From Hyaloraphidium curvatum SAG 235-1 (taxonomy: Eukaryota > Fungi > Monoblepharomycota): DNA of 64,000 bases. Made by a program: the position numbers and the translations under genes. Location of the stretch: assembly GCA_025558095.1 (NCBI GenBank), contig JAIVFI010000023.1, positions 124,001 to 188,000 on the forward strand, read 5' to 3'. Below are positions 11,467 through 22,526 of this stretch, piece after piece (within the stretch, counting starts at the first letter, position 1; the number at the start of each line of letters is the position of its first letter). The notes beneath the pieces are model-generated. The model made no database searches. It was not told the origin of the DNA and saw only the letters and a list, made by a program, of their open reading frames with translations.

Positions 11467-11962
11467 GGTGCTAGCTATCGACGCTTCTGGGCACGGGATG
11501 GAGGAGATGGCGGGACTTTGGGCTGGAGGCGAAAGCGATCGCCGGATTGTCGCAGCGATGCTTTATCCGTCGACATTATTCCGCGCGGACTTTTGCGTAT
11601 GGATCGCGGAGTAATGGCTACCCAACGGGAAACCGACTGACTGCTCATGTACGCTCAGTGCTGCCGACACGTCTGTTGCAGAGAAGCTGAGGCGAAGAGG
11701 ATATTGCTGCATGGCGGTCTATCGGGGATCGAACCTGATTTCAGTATGTTCTGTGAGGGGTGGGAAGAAAGGTTCATCCGGCCTCCCCCGCTCAGCCCTC
11801 CTTCTCGAATCCTGGCGCGATCATATTTCAGCAGGTCCAGGCGCCTGGCGTTGCCGTACCCAGGCTACCGCCTCCAGTGGAATTGTTCTCGACGCTTGAC
11901 CCTCGTCGACCTGTCTGCCGCCCGCTGTGGGCCTCCGCAGCTCCCACAACTCTTCCCGCACG

Positions 11963-13742
11963 ATGACCGCGCCCAAAGCCGTCGTTGTCGGCAGCGGGCC
12001 TGCGGGGCTCGTCGCCGCCTTCTCCCTCCTCGAGGCCGGCTTCACCGTCGACGAAGTTCTCGTGCTCGAGCGCCGCGGCTCGATTGCGAAGCGCTGGAAC
12101 GTCGTACAACTGGCGGCGCTCTCGCTGGCGAAGTTCGACACGTTCCGCGCCTCTCCCGACGGCCCCTCGGTGCTCTCCTCGATGATGGAGCACGGAGTCC
12201 TGGGCAAGGTCGGCGTCATGCAGTCCCGCATGGAGGCCCGGCGCGGCAAGGCCCACTCGGAGCGCTCCAAGGACATGGACATTGCGTCGCCCTGCGACAG
12301 GGCGGTGGACCTCTTCGTCGACATCGAGGGCCGGGAGTGGGACGCGGAACGGTGGAAGGCGCGGCCGGTGATGCCCTTCAAAGACGTCCGCAACTCGCTG
12401 TTTGGGTGCCCGCACTCCATCTACATCTCCGACATTGAGGACCACCTTCACCGCGTCGGCGTCTCCAGAGGCATAATGGTTGCCTTTGCCTGCGACACGG
12501 AGCTCATCTGGAATCCGGAGCTGGCAAAGTACGAGGTCGTGGTGACCAGGCACGCGGCGGACGTGCCGCAGGACATTGCCATCCTTCCTCTTGAAGAGCG
12601 GACCAGCCTAGGCATTCCGGACGTTGTCGTCGTGGCCGAGGGCGGCGGAAGGAACCTGCTCAAGAGTCAGGGGCTTCTGGAGCGCCACAACATCGAGATC
12701 AAGATCAAATCCGTCCCCAAGGTGTCTCTCGCTCGGCGGAAGTGGTGTCGTTCCAGTGCTAACTCTCCTTCAGGTGTTTGCTGCCGCCCTGACGAGGCAT
12801 CCGGAGCCTTCCAAGCTCATTTCCCAGTCGTCGATCCTCGGCGAGACCCTCTACTTCCGGACGCCGGAGCAGTACCCCAAGAACATCTCCATCGTTTCGG
12901 GCAACGTCATTTCTCGGGCTCCGCGATACCTCGAGATGGAGCGCAACGGCCAGGCCGATCGCGTCCCGCCGGACACGTGGTTCGTCCGCCTTCCCCCGGA
13001 CGACCTCTCCCTCGAACGGCTCTCGCACAACACCAATCCCCAGGACTTCGGCATCGTGGAGTACAAGCCGTCGCCCGCTCTCGCCACCTACGTCCAGTCC
13101 CACGTGCGCAAGATGATCGGCCACTTCTCGACGCCCGAGCTCGCTGCGCAGGCCGAGATCATCAAGATCGCGCGGCCGTTCGGGCAGACCGACACGGTGC
13201 TGGAGCGGTGCGGGATGGGCGGGAACGTGGTGGCGTTCGGGGACGCGGCCAGGACGGGGAGCTTCCTGAGCGGCATGGGCATGAACTCGCTCATCTGCTG
13301 CGATTGTAGGTCTCGTCTCGGTTGTTCTTGCTGTCGGTTCTGACCCCGTTTCCTCGCAGCCCGTGATCTCGTGGACGTCGCCACCAAGCTCCGTTCCGGC
13401 GCCGACCCCGTGCAGGCCATGGACGCCTACACCGGCGGCATCCACCGCACCGCCCGGGTGTGGCACGCCATGACCCGCGAGATCCAGACCGAAAAGTGGC
13501 CCGGGTGGCTGCCCGACCTCGAGGTGCCGCAGCCGCAGCTCGCCGAGTCCAAGTCGGTGGAGCCGCCGACGACGACAATGAGGTTCAAGACGATCGAGGG
13601 GATGGTGCGGTATGCCCTCGCGAACCTGGTCTTAAACTATACTGTGCCGATCAAAGGAGTCAGGGTCGGCCTGCGCAGGGCCGGGGAATGGATGTTGGGC
13701 GGCGTGCAGAGAGAGGACGTCGCGGCGAGGGCTAGATTGTAG
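11963..13742 (+). CDS. FAD-dependent oxidoreductase/monooxygenase-like protein, 2 introns, C-terminal ARL (PTS1)
   Basis: Rossmann motif AVVVGSGPAGLVAA...VLERR; DG-like motif DVVVVAEGG; GD motif VVAFGDAARTGSFLSGMGMN; ends ...AARARL*. Confidence 0.75.
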
Positions 13743-13873
13743 ATTCAAATTACTTATTCGGAAGAGCCTCCAGTTGTGAATCGAGCCAGATGATTCGGAA
13801 CTGCTCGGAGGAGATACACCTGCGTGGACAGCTCATCAGTGCCAAACTTCCTCGGCTTCCACAAAGCAGGGTG

Positions 13874-15450
13874 ATGCCCCTAGGCGGAGCACCCGCTACG
13901 GACAACGCGCCTCTGGACGCGTTCTTTTGCCCGATTGACCACGAGCCGATGGTTGACCCTGTTGTTGCGGCCGACGGCTACACGTACGAGCGGGCTGCCA
14001 GCGGTGGTTCCAGACCGGCTCGGCGGCGTCGCCAATGACGGGACTCCCGCTTGCGAACAAGATTCTGAGGCCCAACATCGCGCTCAAGAAGGCGGCGGAC
14101 GACTGGAGGGAACGGCAGGCCGCTTTTTCGGAGGACGAGGCTCTCGTGGCGCGGATCGCGGTCCGCTTGGCGAAGAAGCTGGCCGTAGCGCGCAAACCGG
14201 TGCCGGAACCTCCCAAGCCGGCGGCTCAGCGGCAGCGGATCTTCAGGGCCCGGCCTTGCCGCACCGATCCCCATGGCGTCGCCGAGATCGTATTCAGCGC
14301 CAACTTGGACCCTGCGACCACAGCGCGCTACGTTTCGATCCTTTTGGGAGACGGTGCTTCGACGCCCGCGTTCCTTCTCGATGCTGCGTACACTCGGGAG
14401 GATCTCATCGCACTCGGAGTGAGGCGGCCGCACGCCCCATCGCTACTCAACGCGATCCGCACCTACTCGATGGGGATCCGGGCTCGGAGTCGCACTGGGA
14501 ACTGAGCCTTCTGACGGATGAAATGGCTTCCGCGCACGAGGGCTTTGACCTGCACAATGCCGATCCGCGGCGCGGACCCGTCACTCCATTGCAGGCATAC
14601 CACGTGGCCCACGGGGTTACTGTGGAAGAGTTCGAGGCAAGCCGCCGTCCGTCTCTTTCCTTGTTCCAAAAGCCAAGGCATGTTTGCTCCCGCAGGCATT
14701 CGCAGCCCAAGATCTTGGATTGCGAACAAATCCGCGCCTCCATTTCATCGCACCTTGTGCCAATAAGACCATTCGCCCCGAGGTTGCTGTCAGAAACGAT
14801 TGCTTCAAAGCTAGATTCGGCCCTCTCTTTTACGCCTTTGTCGGGGAAGCCTCGCGCAACGTGAGTTCTTCGTCGCCGGCCTACTTCGAGAGCATGATCC
14901 GAGTGACAAATCGTCGGGTCGAAAAGATCGCTGTCTCGGACAAAGGTGAACACATCTTGATCTTCCTCAAGCGCTTCGACCGATTGTCGCAAACAATTGC
15001 GTGGGTTAGCGCGCTCGAAGCCGCCAAACCTGCGGTAACGCCCCTCTTTGTGCTCAGCTACGACGGTCACCTCGTCGTCGCCGTGCAGCAGCAGATCGAG
15101 GACGTCGTTAAGTGGCGGGCGGCCAACCGCGGCCCGGGTCCGTTCCGGCTCCACGAGGTCCGGGCCGCCCGCACGTCCGCTCACTACTTCGCGGCGACTC
15201 ACACCTCCATCGCACCCAGGAGGTGAAGCCAGGGTTGATTGAGCTGCTGAGCGAAACCCAAAAGACGCTGAAAGCCGCCGAATTGGACTCCGGGGACATC
15301 CTCTGCCACGAAATCGATCACGCGTCGGTTGCGCCGCTTCCCGGCCCGCTCTGGGGCTCCGCTGACCGCGGACATCACGGCAGGCGCGGGCTGCCGACGG
15401 TGCAGGACTACTTCGGCGACCTTGTGCAACGGATGGGCGGGTTCCCCTAG
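13874..15450 (+). pseudogene. Frameshifted chimeric gene: U-box + SAM-like + USP7/Ubp15-like ubiquitin-like domains
   Basis: U-box FFCPIDHEPMVDPVVAADGYTYERAA / QRWF..SPMTGLPL..KILRPN (frameshift near 14000); SAM-like segment; second shift near 14467; then LTDEM..HEGFDL, NKTIRPE, HILIFLKRFD, HE|EVKPGLIE..TL..AELDSGDILC..P.V.DYF; introns 14637-14695 (GC-AG) and 15158-15219. Confidence 0.7.
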
Positions 15451-16096
15451 TAGGGTGCGGCTGGCGACGTCGCCTGGCAATCAGTTGCCGTTCTTCTCGC
15501 CTTTTGTCTCCGAACACGATGACCAATTGCTGCGCCGCCCTCTGCCGACCGTTTCCCACTCCACCATGCGCGCCGTCCCCCATCCCTTCGGAGCCCGTCC
15601 AAGCGTCCCCAATCGGAGATCCAGGAATCAAGGAGTCGAGGGACGCCCGGATCCCAAAGAGGGGACGCCACTGCAGTAGCTCCGATCCGCCTGACCGGCC
15701 CGAGAGGGTCCCCCGACACTCCATTAGATCACTGCCGACCGCCAAGTCGCCGATTGGGCCCGGATGACTGGCTGTGCCCCGGTGGCGAGGGCTCATTTCG
15801 CGACGTTGGCCCCTGTTAGTCATCGGCAAGGGGCCGACCCTGGAATTCCTGCGCGGGGCCCGGGCTGGCCGCGGGTGCCAAGCCGCGGCGCATCCAACTC
15901 CTGGAGTGATTGTGGGAATGCCCCGCGCACCGCCGTCCTGCCGGCTCTCCGGGATTGGGCGGCCCGGGGCCCCGTGGGGGATGCCGAGTCACAATGAGCG
16001 ATGACGTCGTCGCCCTTGCACCGCCCCAAGGACGCTCCCAACCACACCGGATTATTTCCGAACAACTAGACGCAAATACACACGACACCGGCCGGA

Positions 16097-19042
16097 ATGC
16101 GGCCGATAGGACACTTGCTCGCCGCGGGCCTGCTCTCGCTGGCGGCCCGGGGCGCGGCGGGGGCGGCGGTGCGGGTCGCCGCGGGCCCGCCGGCGCTGGC
16201 CGTGCTGGACGGCGGCACCGTTTACTCGTGGGACGAATCGGGCGCGGGGCCCGTCGCGGGGCTCGAAGATGTGGCGGAGGCGGCGGCGGCGGGCGGGGCG
16301 GAGCTGTTCCTGCTGGCGGACGGGGGCGCGCGGGTGAGGGCGAACGGGGAGGTGCGGCCGCTGGCGGCGGCGGCGCGGGGGGTGGCGGCGGGCGGCGATG
16401 CCGGGTTCGCCGTTCTGGCCGATGGCTCGGTCGCCGGATTCGCGGGGGCACCGCCTGGCGAGCCGGGGGCGCAGGAAGCACGGGTGCCCGAGGGGCTGCA
16501 AGGCGTCGCATCGGTCGCCGCCGGGGACGCCGTGCGGGTGGCGCTGACCGAGGCCGGCGAGCCGTGGCTGTGGGTCGACGGCCAGGACAAGTTGCTCCTG
16601 GAGAGGGAGCCCCTGCTGGCCGGCGTCTCGGGGGTCAAGCTGGCCGCGGCCGGCGGGGACACGGCGGCGCTGCTGCTCGGCAACGGCACGCTGGTGGCGC
16701 TCACCTACGCCGATGCATCCCCGACGCCGGCGGTCGCATCGTTCACCGATTCGGGGAAGCCGAAGCAGCTCGCCGTGGCCGCCGGCGTGCTCTTTGCGGT
16801 GCAGGAGAACGGCACCGTGTGGGCCGCCCACGCCAACGGCACCGTCCCCGACGCCGACGCCAAGCTTGCCGGCATCTGGGCATGCAGGCACCTCAAGGGC
16901 GTCGCATCATTCTCCCCCGCCGACCCGGCCGTCGCCGCCTCGCTCGCACTGATGGGCGACGGCACCGTGCGCGCGTGCGGCGCATCCAAAGGCGTCCCGG
17001 TGCCCCCCGAGCTGCACTACCTCGCCCCCGAAGACCGCCTCCGCAACCTCCGGCAGCTTGCGGTGGGCGGGTACGGCACCACCGCGCACGCGGCGGCGAT
17101 CGACACCGACGGTCTCTTCCGGCTGTGGGCGCGCTCCCCCTCGAGCCCACCGGGCGGGCTCAACGGCATCCACGGCCTCCCGCTCGCGGCGGTGCAGTAC
17201 TCCCCCTCCCTCCTCGGCGGCGGCCTCGTGCTGCTCGCCGACGGCACCCTGTCCTCCGTCGCCACCGGCCTTCCCCTGCTCGCCGAGGTGCGCTCCGTGT
17301 CGATGCTGGCCGTGCGGTCGCAGCGGCACTGGGGCGTCACCTTCCGCAACGGCAGCATGGCCATCGCCGCCTCGCAGGACCTTTCCGCGCTGAGGACGGC
17401 GCAGATCGGCGGGGTGGACCGGCTGGCCGTGGGCGACGGCGTGTGCTTCGCCGTGCTCAGCGACGGCACGGCGACGCATTGGGCCGACGACGCCTACTAC
17501 TTTTCCCGCGGCCTGGAGATGGATTCCCCGCCCGACCTCGCGGGGAGGCGGGTGCTCCAGCTCGCGGCCGGCCGCGCGCACGCGGTGGCGCTGCTGGACG
17601 ACGGCACCATCCGCACCTGGGGCGGGCAGCAGGCCGGCCGTTCTGACCCGCTCGAGGGCGGGCACGCCGTGCGCGGGGCACCGGCGAACCTGACGGGGGT
17701 GATCGCGGTTGCCGCCGGGGACGACGTGTCGGCGGCGGTGCTGGCCAACGGCACGCTGCTGGTGTGGGGCGACGAGGCCAACTTGCAGGGCCGCGGGGAC
17801 GCGGCGCTGTTCAGGGGGAGGAGGTTCAGGGGGGTGGCGATCGGGGAGGATGCGATGGTGGGGGAGCTCGAGGGCGGGGAGGTGCTCGTTTGGGGAGCCT
17901 GGGAGGAGCAGCTGGGGGCGCCGTCGGACCTGGTGGATCCGCACCGCGGGGAGGAGTCGCCGTTGGATGAGCCGGTCGAGACGCCGACGGGCGGCGAGGC
18001 CCCGACGCAGACGGGGGCGTGGTTCACCGGCACCCCCTGGCCCGCCGCCACGACGGTGCAGATCGCCGCGACCTCGACGCCGAGCCCGACGCCCGCAGCG
18101 GCCCAGCCGGCGCCGTACAAGATGCCCACGGCCATGCTCGTCGGCATCATCTTCGGCATCGTCGTCTGCCTCGCCCTCGCAGTCGGGGGCGCGGTGTACT
18201 ACGTCAAGCGCCGCAAGGAGGACCGCGAGCACGCCGCCGAGGCCGCGGCGGCGATCGAGCGCGGCGAGGTGTACCGCCTCGCGTTCCCCGCGGAGAAGCC
18301 GCACGGGGCGCGGCGCGCCTCGGACGCCGCACGCCGCCCCTCGGACGCCACGCTGGTCCGCGGCGCCTCGTCGGGGCCGATCCCGTCGGGCGTCTCCCGC
18401 GGGGCGTCCAGCGCGTCGATCCCCGCCGGCGTCGCGCGCGGCTTCTCGGCGACGATCCCGGCCAGCGAGCTCACCCGCGCCTTCGGCTCCACGCTGCCGG
18501 TGACGCGCGGCTTCTCGACCACGCTGACGCCCTACCCGCCGCCCGCGGTCGTCCTGCGCGCCCCCTCGGGCCCGCTGCCGGGCGTCTCGCGGGGCGCCTC
18601 GGGCGCCCTCCCGCGCGCGACCACCGACCCCCTCGCCGGCCTCGCCTCGCAGTCCCTCGCGCCGCAGGCACAAGTGGCCGGCCAGCAGCGCCCGCGGCAC
18701 CACCACCGCGCCGTCGACCGCCGGCAATCGGAGCCGTTCGGCCTGCAGCCCGGCGACCCCCTCGCCGCGGCAGGAAGGCAGACGATCGGCTCGTCGGCGG
18801 TGCTCGCCGCCGCCTACGAAGAAGCCCGCGCGCGGCGTGCGGCGGAAGACCGCGCCGCCGCGGGGGGGGTTCCCCGCGCCAGATCGGAGGCGGTGGGTCT
18901 CGATCGCGGGCGGAGGGCGTCGGTGGGCAGGCTGCCGACGGCGGCGACGAGCGGGCCGCTGGTGGGGCCGGGCGGGGGGTCGGCGGAGACGCTGGTGGGG
19001 CCCGAGGACCCGGACGTGGCGTGGGTGCACGGGGGGTTCTAG
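16097..19042 (+). CDS. Type I membrane protein with extracellular RCC1/BLIP-II-like repeats
   Basis: Signal peptide; repeats VAAG....AL..DGT...W (e.g. LQLAAGRAHAVALLDDGTIRTWG, IAVAAGDDVSAAVLANGTLLVWG); Thr/Pro stalk; TM MLVGIIFGIVVCLALAVGGAVYYV followed by KRRK; intronless, 981 aa. Confidence 0.85.
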   Translation: MRPIGHLLAAGLLSLAARGAAGAAVRVAAGPPALAVLDGGTVYSWDESGAGPVAGLEDVAEAAAAGGAELFLLADGGARVRANGEVRPLAAAARGVAAGGDAGFAVLADGSVAGFAGAPPGEPGAQEARVPEGLQGVASVAAGDAVRVALTEAGEPWLWVDGQDKLLLEREPLLAGVSGVKLAAAGGDTAALLLGNGTLVALTYADASPTPAVASFTDSGKPKQLAVAAGVLFAVQENGTVWAAHANGTVPDADAKLAGIWACRHLKGVASFSPADPAVAASLALMGDGTVRACGASKGVPVPPELHYLAPEDRLRNLRQLAVGGYGTTAHAAAIDTDGLFRLWARSPSSPPGGLNGIHGLPLAAVQYSPSLLGGGLVLLADGTLSSVATGLPLLAEVRSVSMLAVRSQRHWGVTFRNGSMAIAASQDLSALRTAQIGGVDRLAVGDGVCFAVLSDGTATHWADDAYYFSRGLEMDSPPDLAGRRVLQLAAGRAHAVALLDDGTIRTWGGQQAGRSDPLEGGHAVRGAPANLTGVIAVAAGDDVSAAVLANGTLLVWGDEANLQGRGDAALFRGRRFRGVAIGEDAMVGELEGGEVLVWGAWEEQLGAPSDLVDPHRGEESPLDEPVETPTGGEAPTQTGAWFTGTPWPAATTVQIAATSTPSPTPAAAQPAPYKMPTAMLVGIIFGIVVCLALAVGGAVYYVKRRKEDREHAAEAAAAIERGEVYRLAFPAEKPHGARRASDAARRPSDATLVRGASSGPIPSGVSRGASSASIPAGVARGFSATIPASELTRAFGSTLPVTRGFSTTLTPYPPPAVVLRAPSGPLPGVSRGASGALPRATTDPLAGLASQSLAPQAQVAGQQRPRHHHRAVDRRQSEPFGLQPGDPLAAAGRQTIGSSAVLAAAYEEARARRAAEDRAAAGGVPRARSEAVGLDRGRRASVGRLPTAATSGPLVGPGGGSAETLVGPEDPDVAWVHGGF

Positions 19043-19156
19043 GAAAGCGCGGGAGCGGGGGCGAGGGCGGTGTGATCTGGAGCGTCCATTGGCTGCGAGG
19101 ACACTGTACATAGATGCATCTGAATGACAAGCACAATCCTACACGTGCGCAACCCG

Positions 19157-19500
19157 CTAGAACCCCGGGCACGCCATCTGGAGCGTCACCCCGATTCCGA
19201 CGCCCCTCACCACGCTCCACAGCCCCACGCCGACAGTGAACGCCGTCGCCGCCACCGTCCTCACCAGTCCCGCAGACACGGGCGCGGCAAAGAACCTCGC
19301 GCGGAAGCTCCCCGTGTCGCGCGCGAACCCTTCGAAAATCTCGGCGTGCCGCAGCGGCTCGGGGCCACCGGTGCGCAGGGCGAGGGAGCGCAGGCGGTAC
19401 GCGGTGCCGTTGTACAGCGCGGCGATCCGCGAGGGCTCGGTGTTGGCGGCGGCGAGGTTGATGAGGTCGAAGACGAGGATGAGGAGGGCGCAGTAGATCA
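19157..19500 (-). pseudogene. 3' fragment of the multi-TM (gustatory-receptor-like?) family also seen at 29059 and 35701
   Basis: IYCALLILVFDLINLAAAN..IAALY...H.EIF..F...FRARFF...V..GLVRTV.AT.FTV.VGLWSVVRG.G...TL...CP is colinear with the C-termini of the two other copies; the 5' part is missing. Confidence 0.75.
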
Positions 19501-19527
19501 CTGGGTAGATTTGATGACAAAACACCC

Positions 19528-20406
19528 TCAGCGCACGTCGGATACGCCGGGAACAAAGTCGCGGAACTCGTAGCTCGAGTGCAGGTCCAGCGGCACGCGC
19601 CGGTCCCCAGCAACCATCGGCGGCATCGGCTGCATGATCTTCCGGCGCTCCGGCGTGAGCCGCGCGAGCAGCCTGTCCGAGACGGTGTACCCGAAGCGCG
19701 ACCGGGCCCACGGGGGGCCGTACCGCAGGATGACCACGCGCCGCTCGCCGTCGTTGCGGCGCGTGCTCCCGCCGTGCATCAGCGCGTCGACAAACACCAG
19801 CGCGTCGCCGGCCCGCGCGTGCACCTCCTCGGCGAACGGCAGCGCGTCCATCCGGTCCCCCCGCGCGTAGTCTCCCGCCAACGGGTGCCGGAAATTCGAC
19901 TTGTGGCTGCCCGGCACGACCATCGTCGCGCCGTCGCCGGGACCAATGTCCGTCAGCGCCACCAGCACGTTGACCTGCCCGCAGCGGAACGCCCCGTTGC
20001 GGTACACGTACTGCGTGCGCACCGAGGCGTCGTGGCCGCCCGAATGCACGGGGTGGTGGCCCCCCGCGGACCTGCTCGTCGCGATGGCCTCGTCGATCGT
20101 GACCCCCTGCACGTAGGTGCCCTCCTCGCCGGCCCAATGCCGCACGTGCCCGATCCACGACGGGTGGTCGATCAGCGCGTCGAAGGCGGGGTCGCCGCAG
20201 TCCAGCACGTTGTGCAGCTCGAAGCCGGTGTCCTTTGTGTAGTCGCGGCGCTGCGCGTTGCCGAACCATTCGCCGTTGTCGAGGGGGGGGAAGCGGTCGT
20301 AGGCGGCGTTGAGCGCGGCCACTTCGTTCGAAGAGAGCGCGCCGCGGAGGACGACGAAGCCGCGCAGGTCGAACTCGTAGTCGTCGAGCGCCGTGGGGCC
20401 GGGCAT
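19528..20406 (-). CDS. Phytanoyl-CoA dioxygenase (PhyH) family Fe(II)/2OG dioxygenase, intronless, bacterial-like
   Basis: DDYEFDLRGFVVLRGALS..EV..LN, LIDHPSWI, HSGG, NVLVALTDIGPGDGATMVVPGSHK, AGDALVFVDALMHG, R...ERR. Confidence 0.9.
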   Translation of the reverse strand: MPGPTALDDYEFDLRGFVVLRGALSSNEVAALNAAYDRFPPLDNGEWFGNAQRRDYTKDTGFELHNVLDCGDPAFDALIDHPSWIGHVRHWAGEEGTYVQGVTIDEAIATSRSAGGHHPVHSGGHDASVRTQYVYRNGAFRCGQVNVLVALTDIGPGDGATMVVPGSHKSNFRHPLAGDYARGDRMDALPFAEEVHARAGDALVFVDALMHGGSTRRNDGERRVVILRYGPPWARSRFGYTVSDRLLARLTPERRKIMQPMPPMVAGDRRVPLDLHSSYEFRDFVPGVSDVR

Positions 20407-20683
20407 CTCACCAAAGCGCGGAATGTCGTCCAGAGGACCGTCGGTGCTCAGCGGGCACCGCGGCGGAGCCGCAGAAGTGCACGACAATCCTAGTCAAGAG
20501 CAGCAAGGCTCAATAGAGGCAGCGTTGCAGCGCCGTCCTCGCGTCGGGGCGTAAACAAACAGACGCGATCGGCGACGCGTCGACTCGATCGTCGAATCGC
20601 CCCTGGAATCCATCTTGAGCACCCTGAGCGCCGACGGCCGTGCACCGTGCAGTCTCCCCTTCTGTCCCTCGCTTTTGCGCGGC

Positions 20684-22345
20684 ATGGCGCCCGGCGCCGC
20701 CCCGACGTACACGCCCGCGGACCACGAGCGCCGCCCAAAGGCGTTTCGCGCCAAGCCGGCCCATGGCGGCGCCGCGTGCCTGTGCTGCAACGCCTTCGAA
20801 ACCGCCGCGGGGTCGCCCGACCTGCTGCTCTGCTCGGCGTGCCGCGTCGCCGCGTACTGCTCGGCAAAGTGCCAGAAAGCAAACTGGGCCGAACACAAGG
20901 CATTCTGCGGAGCGTACAAGAAGGCAGCGCTGCCGCTGTACGCGCTGCTCCGCGACGGCCCCGGCGCCGCGGGGGCCACAAACAAGGACGCCAAAATCCA
21001 CGCGGATGCGATCGGCGCCTCGTTCCCGGACTCGTTCCCGGACGGCAAGCTGGCCGCCGATGCGCCCCTCCCTCAGGCGGCCCGCCTGCAGTTAATGAAC
21101 CGCACGCTGCAGCTCGTCCTGCGCGCGCTGCCCTTCGGCGACGGCATGGCCGCCCAGATCGCAAAGGAACACGCGTTCCAGACGCCGCACTGCGCCGTGT
21201 GCAACAAGCCCGGCCCGCTCGTGGCTCCAAAAGACGGGGAAACCGTCCCGGCGAGGCTGCTCCCCTGCCCCGTTTGCAGGATCTCGTTTGCGTGCCGCGC
21301 GCACTCGGAGGAGCACCGCGCGTCGCACTCCGGGGAGCTGTCGCGGGAGTGCGCGTCGGGGGTGCGGGCGGTGAAGCTGGAGCTGTTCCGGGACGCGCAT
21401 TTTGCCCGCGAGGGCGACGAACTGAAGCTGCCCGTCTACGCGCCCGAGACGACGGTCAAGGAGATCGCGCCGCTGCCCGGGCCTCCCTCTGCGCTGCTTG
21501 CGGGCGGCGCCGACGGGCCGGGGTTCGACGCCCCGGGCGCCTGGGACGCGTACTTTTCCTGGCGCGGCTTTCCGGGCTTCGTGCCCGAATTCCGCATCTG
21601 GCTCACGGACTCGTTGTCCCCCGTGCTTACCGTGTTCGACGCCCTCGTCGCGCTGCACGGCCTGGAGGAGCTCGGCAAGAAGAAGGACATCACCGTCGAG
21701 CTTGTCGGCGCCGACTCGGTGCGTGACCCGGCCTCGCCCGCCCTCCGATTGGCTACTGACTGCGCCCCCGTCAAACAGTGGGAGCTCGAGCGCATGCGAG
21801 CCTTCGAGGAGCTCCTGCACCTCCTCCCCCGCCTCTGCACGCTGCACCTCCGCATGGTCGGCCCCGACCTCCGCGAGGCCGTGTCGATGCCCATGCACTC
21901 GGGGCCGGTGGACCTGGGCTGCTGTCCCCCCTGCCGCCGCGCGGGGAGGAAGCGCACGGTGTGGTTCCACCAGGTCGACTACGCCGCGTACGCTGCCGAG
22001 GCGTCCAAAAGGGGATGGGGGAAGCCCGAATTGGCGGCGGCGTTCCATTCGGGTATCTCGGCGGGGGAGCACAGGGACGAGTGGAAGACGGGGTTGGAGG
22101 CGCTGCGAGACCGGGGGGTGCCGTGCGCGTTTACGGCGTACAACAGGGAGGAGATCACCGGGGACGTCGGGGTGCTGGAGGGGTTGGGGTGCGGGGTGAG
22201 GTGGGGGCCGGGGAAGAATAGGTGGAGGGGGTTCGAGTGGATCAGGGATCCGTGCGGGGAGGGGGAGGACGAGGGGGGAGGGAGGGGCTTCTATGCCTCG
22301 GACGCGTTCGTGGTGCTGTGGCAGGGAAGGCAGCGGAACGCGTAG
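20684..22345 (+). CDS. zf-MYND protein with MSS51-like C-terminal domain
   Basis: MYND: CLCC..LLLCSACRVAAYCSAKCQKANWAEHKAFC; LTDSLS.VLT, V.LVGA, FEELLHLLP..L.L.MVGP, P.LAAAFHSG, FTAYN..E; probable in-frame intron about 21719-21778. Confidence 0.8.
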   Translation: MAPGAAPTYTPADHERRPKAFRAKPAHGGAACLCCNAFETAAGSPDLLLCSACRVAAYCSAKCQKANWAEHKAFCGAYKKAALPLYALLRDGPGAAGATNKDAKIHADAIGASFPDSFPDGKLAADAPLPQAARLQLMNRTLQLVLRALPFGDGMAAQIAKEHAFQTPHCAVCNKPGPLVAPKDGETVPARLLPCPVCRISFACRAHSEEHRASHSGELSRECASGVRAVKLELFRDAHFAREGDELKLPVYAPETTVKEIAPLPGPPSALLAGGADGPGFDAPGAWDAYFSWRGFPGFVPEFRIWLTDSLSPVLTVFDALVALHGLEELGKKKDITVELVGADSVRDPASPALRLATDCAPVKQWELERMRAFEELLHLLPRLCTLHLRMVGPDLREAVSMPMHSGPVDLGCCPPCRRAGRKRTVWFHQVDYAAYAAEASKRGWGKPELAAAFHSGISAGEHRDEWKTGLEALRDRGVPCAFTAYNREEITGDVGVLEGLGCGVRWGPGKNRWRGFEWIRDPCGEGEDEGGGRGFYASDAFVVLWQGRQRNA

Positions 22346-22526
22346 GCAATCTGATGGGACACTCCAAGTCCTCTCCGTCCTCTTGACTGAGGGATATCAA
22401 TGATAATGGTAATCAACGATCAAATGCGCTATGTACATATATACAACCGCAGGAGGCCTGCCCCTTTTGCGACGGATGCGGGCCAGCCGCACCGTCCGGG
22501 ATTTCTCCTCCGCATAGCGGCGCAGA

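Noticed and set aside
16907-19111. Long antisense and alternate-frame ORFs (e.g. 16907-19111 -, 47173-48990 -, 48455-50794 +, 61955-63514 -)
   Set aside because: Arg/Pro/Gly/Ala-rich shadows of real genes; high GC suppresses stop codons; no domain motifs.
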